Of a DNA stretch of 64,000 nt, positions 57,522-64,000 are shown in pieces. Every line of letters begins with the position of its first letter. Positions within the stretch are counted from its first letter, which is position 1. Source of the stretch: Nitrospina sp. GTDB taxonomy: Bacteria; Nitrospinota; Nitrospinia; Nitrospinales; VA-1. Below the pieces are notes generated by a model. The model made no database searches. It was not told where the DNA came from and was given only the letters and a program-made list of their open reading frames with translations. The stretch covers positions 17,415 to 81,414 of the forward strand of contig JABIYR010000177.1 in assembly GCA_018702695.1 (NCBI GenBank). The letters are read 5' to 3'. The position numbers and the translations under genes are program-made.

Positions 57522-59798
57522 ATGGCTGAAGATTTTCAATCTGACAACCCACAAGGTTTTATACCCTCAGGGAAAGCCGGAGAAGGCTTTGACCTTAAAG
57601 AATTTAAAGAACTTCTACAACTTGCCGCGCATGAGCGCAAGAATCTGCAATTGTTGGTGGAGTATTTTGAAAAAAAATCGGGTGAGTTAGACGATAAAAA
57701 GCGGTTTTTTGACCGAGTGAGCAATCAAGTGCCGGACGCATTGCGTAAACTCGATACGATAGAAGTTCGTTTTGAAGAAATTAAGACTTTTGATGTTAGG
57801 ATTCGAGATTTTCAACGCATTTCAAAAGAATTGAACTCGAACTACAATACCTTGAAAAGAGAGTTGGATGAACTGCATTTGCTCAATGAGCATATCGACA
57901 GTAAAACCAAAAGTCTGGGCCAGCAAAAGATGGTTGTCCAAAAAGCCAATGAGGATGCGGGTCGTCTAAATGTCCTAGTCTGGGACATGGATTCTAAAAT
58001 CAAAAAACTTCGCGAAGAGAGTAAGTTGCTTAAATCTTCGGATCGCAATATCAGTCGCCTTGAACATATTCTCGACAGTGTATCGAGTCAGGTTCAGGAT
58101 GTTGTCAGCATGAAAGATCTATTGCGGACGGCGGCTGTTAAAATTGGTGTGATGAAGGACACTCTGGGCGAGTTGGACAGTCGTTATGACCGGATCAAAC
58201 AAGATAAGGAAACTATCGAAAGTCATACCCGTGATACGGAAGAGTTGAAACGCATTCTCGCCAATGTTCAGGGCGATTATGAGAAGCTTCTCGGGCAAAG
58301 TCATATGATCAGTGAGACTCAGGATACTCTCCACAGCCTGATTCAACAAATCAGCGAGTTGAAAATCGAGTCCAAAAATATTTCCGTAAAAAATGAAATG
58401 ATACGCAGTATCACCGGTCGTTTGCGAGACCTTGATTCTGTGTCGGTGGATGTCGAGACTCGTATTGCAAAAATTCAAGATGAAAAGATCATCGTTGATA
58501 AGACTGAGACCAAAATCAATAAACTGAATTCATTTCTCATCGATAATCTCAGCAACAAAATGAAAATTTTGAAAGATGAGATTAAAAGCATTGATGATGC
58601 CAATGAAAAAATGAGCCGCTTTAATGTGATGGCTGAAGAGGCTGAACACAAGGTCGAGCGGTTGGATGATGAAATCAAGAAGGTTGATACGATCTCGGGA
58701 ATACTCAAACAAGTTGAGGTGATGAACGAATCGACCCAACAGCAGATGGATGAAATCATCCGCAAGCAACAGTTGGTAGATCAGGTTGATAAAAAAATCA
58801 ACGATCTGAGTTCTATGGTGATCAGTCTTGATGTGAAGATGGAAACTCAGATGCAGAGAAAAGCCCTGATTGAAAAAATGGAAAAGAAGGTGGATGGGCT
58901 AGATTTTTTTATTGAAGAGGCGAATATAAAAATCGCAAAAGTAACCAAGAAAATTGATTTCCTTGAGAAAGTGGATGAGAAGCTTGAGGATTTGAAGTCG
59001 ATGGCAAATACGGTTGAAGAAAAAATTCTCGATCTGTCAAAAGAAAAAGCCGCTATCGATGATCAAGAAAAAAGAATGAATAATATTTCATCCAAATCGA
59101 GCATTCAAGAAATTGAGTTGCGCAATCGTTTTAAAGAAGTTCAGGAAGCCAAGGATGAAATTTCTCGCATTGATCAAATCCGCGACGAGTTAGGCCTGAT
59201 CACGACCAATTTTGAAAGCAAGATGGAAGATCTGAACAAAGATTCAGAGCAAGTGAGACGAACAGAAACAAAATTGCACGAACTCGATAACTTGATGAAA
59301 GATTTGTCCAATCGGCAAGAAGCCATCTATGAAAAGCAGGATTTCATGGTGGAGGTTGAGAAGAAAATGGATCAACTCAACAATATGCTGGAACGGACTT
59401 CTAAACGAATCAGTCAGGTTGCTGAAAGTGAAGAAAAAGTGAAGCGTACGCAGCAGGCTCTGGGTGAATTAGAGGTGGTTATCAATCGTACCATTTCAGA
59501 AAAAGCCAAGATCGATAAAGAAAGAGAAAATATTGATAAAATCAATCTGAATATAGAAAAGCTCACCACGATTACGGAAGATGCGGATTCCAAAGTTGAT
59601 CTTCTGAATAGCAAAATTAATATGCTTGCTGATGTGGAAAAGCGTTTGAATTCACTGAATTTGTTGGCTGAAGATGTGAACGTCAAGGTTCAAAACCTTA
59701 AAGAAGAAGAAGCTGTTATCAATAAGGCGGGCGATCAGATTGCAGAGTTGAAATTTTTGCTGAGTGAAGTGGAGAGAAAAAAAGGGGATTCGATCTAG
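57522..59798 (+). CDS. Large all-coiled-coil repeat protein (no TM, no enzymatic motif)
   Basis: 758 aa, rich in K/E/D/L/I. It is helical and heptad-like throughout and is built from recurring 31-residue units (see the repeat feature and findings). Confidence 0.85.
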   Translation: MAEDFQSDNPQGFIPSGKAGEGFDLKEFKELLQLAAHERKNLQLLVEYFEKKSGELDDKKRFFDRVSNQVPDALRKLDTIEVRFEEIKTFDVRIRDFQRISKELNSNYNTLKRELDELHLLNEHIDSKTKSLGQQKMVVQKANEDAGRLNVLVWDMDSKIKKLREESKLLKSSDRNISRLEHILDSVSSQVQDVVSMKDLLRTAAVKIGVMKDTLGELDSRYDRIKQDKETIESHTRDTEELKRILANVQGDYEKLLGQSHMISETQDTLHSLIQQISELKIESKNISVKNEMIRSITGRLRDLDSVSVDVETRIAKIQDEKIIVDKTETKINKLNSFLIDNLSNKMKILKDEIKSIDDANEKMSRFNVMAEEAEHKVERLDDEIKKVDTISGILKQVEVMNESTQQQMDEIIRKQQLVDQVDKKINDLSSMVISLDVKMETQMQRKALIEKMEKKVDGLDFFIEEANIKIAKVTKKIDFLEKVDEKLEDLKSMANTVEEKILDLSKEKAAIDDQEKRMNNISSKSSIQEIELRNRFKEVQEAKDEISRIDQIRDELGLITTNFESKMEDLNKDSEQVRRTETKLHELDNLMKDLSNRQEAIYEKQDFMVEVEKKMDQLNNMLERTSKRISQVAESEEKVKRTQQALGELEVVINRTISEKAKIDKERENIDKINLNIEKLTTITEDADSKVDLLNSKINMLADVEKRLNSLNLLAEDVNVKVQNLKEEEAVINKAGDQIAELKFLLSEVERKKGDSI
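57759..59795 (+). repeat. About 22 tandem degenerate 93-bp (31-codon) coding repeats
   Basis: Hand alignment places unit starts at residues 80, 111, 142 ... 390 (exact 31 spacing), then 422-546, then 581-736. The best units read VDKKINDLSSM, MEKKVDGLDFF, VDEKLEDLKSM, VEKKMDQLNNM and VEKRLNSLNLL. Confidence 0.6.
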
Positions 59799-59963
59799 TT
59801 TATTTAGGCATTCTTTTTACAGAAGGCCCCGGCGCTTTTATTTTTTTCAGGATGGCAGTGGTGACTCATTTTTTTATCAGCTTTTAGGTATCCTTCATTT
59901 TTCCTTCGAAACTAAGTTTAAACCTTTGATTTGAATCCCTTATTATTTATGGAGTCGGTTTTT

Positions 59964-60815
59964 ATGGCAGAAAAATTATTGGGTGTGATAGGTGGCAGTG
60001 GTTTGTATCAAATGGAAGGTCTGGATGTTAAAGAAACAATCGCTGTAGACACTCCCTTTGGCTCCCCTTCCGATAAAATAATTATTGGTGAGCTGAATGG
60101 GGTCAAGCTGGCTTTTCTTCCCCGTCATGGCGTGGGGCATGTGATTCCTCCTTCTGAAATAAATTATCGAGCCAATATTTTTGCAATGAAAAAAATTGGT
60201 GTAGAACGCATTATTTCCGTGAGTGCTGTCGGTGGCATGAAGGAAAATATGCCGCCCGGCCATTTTGTCGTGCCACATCAATTCATTGACAAGACCTATC
60301 AGCGCATCAGCACTTTTTTTAGCAAAGGAATGGTGGGGCATGTCAGTCTGGCTGACCCCATCTGCGTTTCAACTGCGAATACGCTCTTTCAAGCGGCTCA
60401 AAAAGCAGGGGCACAGGTTCATGCGGGAGGAACTTATATTTGCATTGAAGGGCCTCAGTTTTCTACCCGGGCAGAATCAAATTTGTATCGGCAATGGGGT
60501 GTGGATGTCATTGGGATGACCAATGCGACCGAAGCCAAACTAGCGCGTGAGGCAGGCTTGTGTTATTCGACCTTGGCGCTGGTGACAGATTTCGACTGTT
60601 GGCATATCGAAGAAGAGCCCGTCACGCTGGAGGCGGTGTTGGAAATCATGCATAAAAATGTAACACAGGCACAATTGGTTCTTAAGGAACTCGTCCCGCT
60701 ATTGAGTGAGATTAAACCCTGTGCTTGCAAAGGGGCCTCCGAATTTTCTGTGGTGACGGACCCAAAAAAAATACCGCCCGACCTTAAAGAAAATCTTTCA
60801 ATCTTATTTGGTTAA
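59964..60815 (+). CDS. mtnP: S-methyl-5'-thioadenosine phosphorylase
   Basis: LGVIGGSGLY, FLPRHGVGH and VDVIGMTNATEAKLAREAG motifs. The ATG at 59964 follows a GGAG RBS; the track start at 59931 is a TTG. Confidence 0.9.
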   Translation: MAEKLLGVIGGSGLYQMEGLDVKETIAVDTPFGSPSDKIIIGELNGVKLAFLPRHGVGHVIPPSEINYRANIFAMKKIGVERIISVSAVGGMKENMPPGHFVVPHQFIDKTYQRISTFFSKGMVGHVSLADPICVSTANTLFQAAQKAGAQVHAGGTYICIEGPQFSTRAESNLYRQWGVDVIGMTNATEAKLAREAGLCYSTLALVTDFDCWHIEEEPVTLEAVLEIMHKNVTQAQLVLKELVPLLSEIKPCACKGASEFSVVTDPKKIPPDLKENLSILFG

Positions 60816-60821
60816 TATCTT

Positions 60822-62111
60822 ATGAAAAGAAGTAATTCGAGTCGACTGTTTTCTATTGCTAAAAAAGTGATGCCGGGTGGAGTCAATAGTCCAGTGAGGG
60901 CTTTTAATGCTGTCGGCGGAGACCCCATTTTTATTCAAAAAGCCAAGGGTGCGTGCATCACCGATGTGGATGGAAACGACTTTATTGATTATGTTGGGTC
61001 TTGGGGGCCTCTCATTGCAGGACATGCTCACCCCAATATTGTTTCAGCCATAACGCGACAAGCTCAGTTGGGAACCAGTTATGGGGCTACGACTGAGTTG
61101 GAAATCGAGTTGGCAGAAAAAGTGGTTCAAGCTGTGCCTTCTCTGGATGTGGTGCGCATGGTGAATTCAGGAACAGAAGCGGTCATGAGTGCATTGCGAT
61201 TAGCCCGAGGAATTACAGGACGCGACAAGATTGTTAAATTTGAAGGTTGTTATCATGGTCATGGCGACAGCCTTTTAGTCAAGGCTGGTTCGGGTCTATT
61301 ATCTCTAGGCACTCCTGATTGCCCAGGTATTGTTTCCAGTCTGGCCGAAAAAACATTGAACCTGCCTTACAATAATATTGAAAAGGTGCGTGAGCTTTTT
61401 GATGCTCAAGGTAAAGATATCGCGGCGCTGATTGTCGAGCCGATTGCAGGTAATATGGGCGTTATTCTGCCGCAACCCGGCTTTCTTAAGGCTTTGCGTG
61501 AAGTGACACAAAAGGCGGGCGCATTGCTAATTTTTGATGAAGTTATTACCGGTTTCCGGGTCTCATTGGGAGGCGCGCAAAAAATATATGGTGTGACCCC
61601 TGATATCACTTGTATGGGGAAAATAATCGGTGGGGGTCTACCCGTAGGGGCTTATGGCGGCTCGCGTGCCGTGATGGACCATATTTCTCCTGTTGGCTCA
61701 GTTTATCAGGCTGGTACTCTATCTGGAAATCCGCTGGCAATGGCCGCCGGAAATGAGATGATTGACTTGCTCTCACAAACCGGTGTTTATGAATCACTGG
61801 AGCAGAAGTCAGAAAAATTATGTGAAGGTTTGAAAAATAATGTTGCTAGCCTTGGCATCTCGGCACAATTTACTAGGGTGGGGTCTATGTTCTCCATGTT
61901 TTTTACCGATCAGAAAATTGCTGACTATGATTCGGTTAAAACCTGTGATACAAATTTCTTTAGTAAGTATTTTAATGGATTATTAGAAGAAGGAGTGTAT
62001 ATCGCTCCCTCCCAATTTGAAGCAGGTTTTATGTCGACCGTGCACACGGATGAAGAAATCAGCTTAACGATAGAAGCCAGTCGCAAGGCCTTAGCTGCGG
62101 CCCTTGGATAA
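60822..62111 (+). CDS. hemL: Glutamate-1-semialdehyde 2,1-aminomutase
   Basis: 429 aa with MPGGVNSPVRAF and the PLP-lysine region CMGKIIGGGLPVGAYGG. Confidence 0.95.
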   Translation: MKRSNSSRLFSIAKKVMPGGVNSPVRAFNAVGGDPIFIQKAKGACITDVDGNDFIDYVGSWGPLIAGHAHPNIVSAITRQAQLGTSYGATTELEIELAEKVVQAVPSLDVVRMVNSGTEAVMSALRLARGITGRDKIVKFEGCYHGHGDSLLVKAGSGLLSLGTPDCPGIVSSLAEKTLNLPYNNIEKVRELFDAQGKDIAALIVEPIAGNMGVILPQPGFLKALREVTQKAGALLIFDEVITGFRVSLGGAQKIYGVTPDITCMGKIIGGGLPVGAYGGSRAVMDHISPVGSVYQAGTLSGNPLAMAAGNEMIDLLSQTGVYESLEQKSEKLCEGLKNNVASLGISAQFTRVGSMFSMFFTDQKIADYDSVKTCDTNFFSKYFNGLLEEGVYIAPSQFEAGFMSTVHTDEEISLTIEASRKALAAALG

Positions 62112-62118
62112 CTTATAG

Positions 62119-63414
<1,296 letters not shown>

Positions 63415-63449
63415 TTAACACATTGCTAATATAAATAATTTATAAGTTT

Positions 63450-63764
63450 ATGAGTAGTAGCTCTAAATATCAGAAGATACTGTTTACAAGCATGGCCTTT
63501 TTTATATTGCTGGTCTTGATGGCGGTGTTTCATGAGAATGGTATTCTAAATGCTTTTCATTTGGAGCAAGGACAAGATGAAATGAGAAGTCAAAATTCTA
63601 ATTTGCGAATCGAGAATGAAAATATTCGCGCAGAAGTTGCGGCCTTGAAGTCTGACCCTTATGCCATTGAAAAGATCGCAAGAGAAAAACTAAACCTGAT
63701 AAAGCCCGGAGATCAGGTTTATCACATCATACAAACAAAAAATCCACTCCCTCCTCCACAGTAA
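63450..63764 (+). CDS. ftsB: Septum formation initiator FtsB/DivIC family
   Basis: 104 aa with a single N-terminal TM and a coiled coil, plus DPYAIEKIAREKLNLIKPGDQVY. The position after eno is conserved in many bacteria. Confidence 0.85.
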   Translation: MSSSSKYQKILFTSMAFFILLVLMAVFHENGILNAFHLEQGQDEMRSQNSNLRIENENIRAEVAALKSDPYAIEKIAREKLNLIKPGDQVYHIIQTKNPLPPPQ

Positions 63765-64000
63765 AAATAGTAACCAATCTAACCTTGCAACAAACGCTTT
63801 AATACAGGTCTACAGATAAACCTTTTTAACAAAAGGGTTATCGGTGAGTGGCATTTTGTGCTTTCAAAAAATCTTGTCAATGATTAAATTTTCAAAGGTT
63901 TATCGGTACAAAAAACCTGCTAAATTCTTGAATAAGTTATTGATATTTTAAATTTTAATGATAAAGTAAAGGCATCAATTTAGAGACGTTATGTTTTAGG

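Overview
This is a densely coding 64-kb chromosomal segment from a Gram-negative-type bacterium, judged from a beta-barrel OMP ending in Phe, a TolC-like gene and Bat genes. Spot counts on single 60-nt lines suggest roughly 40-50 % GC overall; no real sliding window was computed. I recognise about 55 protein genes. I found no rRNA, tRNA, CRISPR array, integrase or transposase.

Housekeeping backbone:
(i) A nine-gene minus-strand MoxR-DUF58-VWA 'Bat' operon (1-8435) with an embedded BI-1/YccA gene.
(ii) A complete, overlapping trpEGDCFBA operon (11658-18142), followed by a GT2 glycosyltransferase, a lipid kinase and a GNAT acetyltransferase.
(iii) proA, an M50 protease, and dprA-topA-trmFO.
(iv) A parC/parE-like type IIA topoisomerase pair.
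(v) A cluster with two Mrp/NBP35 ATPases, DUF971, yciA and a Zn-ribbon/PCP_red protein.
(vi) A helD-like helicase, truA, leuB-asd, and mtnP-hemL-eno-ftsB.

Accessory or unusual content:
- A ribonuclease-inhibitor-type LRR protein plus two tandem cytoplasmic seven-blade propeller paralogs (8.7-11.5 kb).
- An apparently low-GC pocket (20.3-25.3 kb) holding a gene desert, a porin-like OMP, a CHASE4 hybrid kinase and a truncated response regulator.
- A secreted LRR protein plus a protein of about 12 NHL repeats (25.3-28.2 kb).
- A tandem pair of orphan GAF-GAF-GspE/PilB-type ATPases (36.5-42.4 kb).
- A 758-aa protein built almost entirely from about 22 tandem 31-residue coiled-coil units, sitting directly after leuB-asd (57.5-59.8 kb).
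- An enolase gene broken by a single in-frame TGA at an invariant Gly codon (62581-62583).
- Two promoter-plus-terminator units with no gene inside them (30.7-30.9 kb; 53.25-53.47 kb). The second places a perfect terminator inside a 15-codon uORF that ends 2 nt before truA.

All domain calls come from motif recognition by eye. No database search was run.
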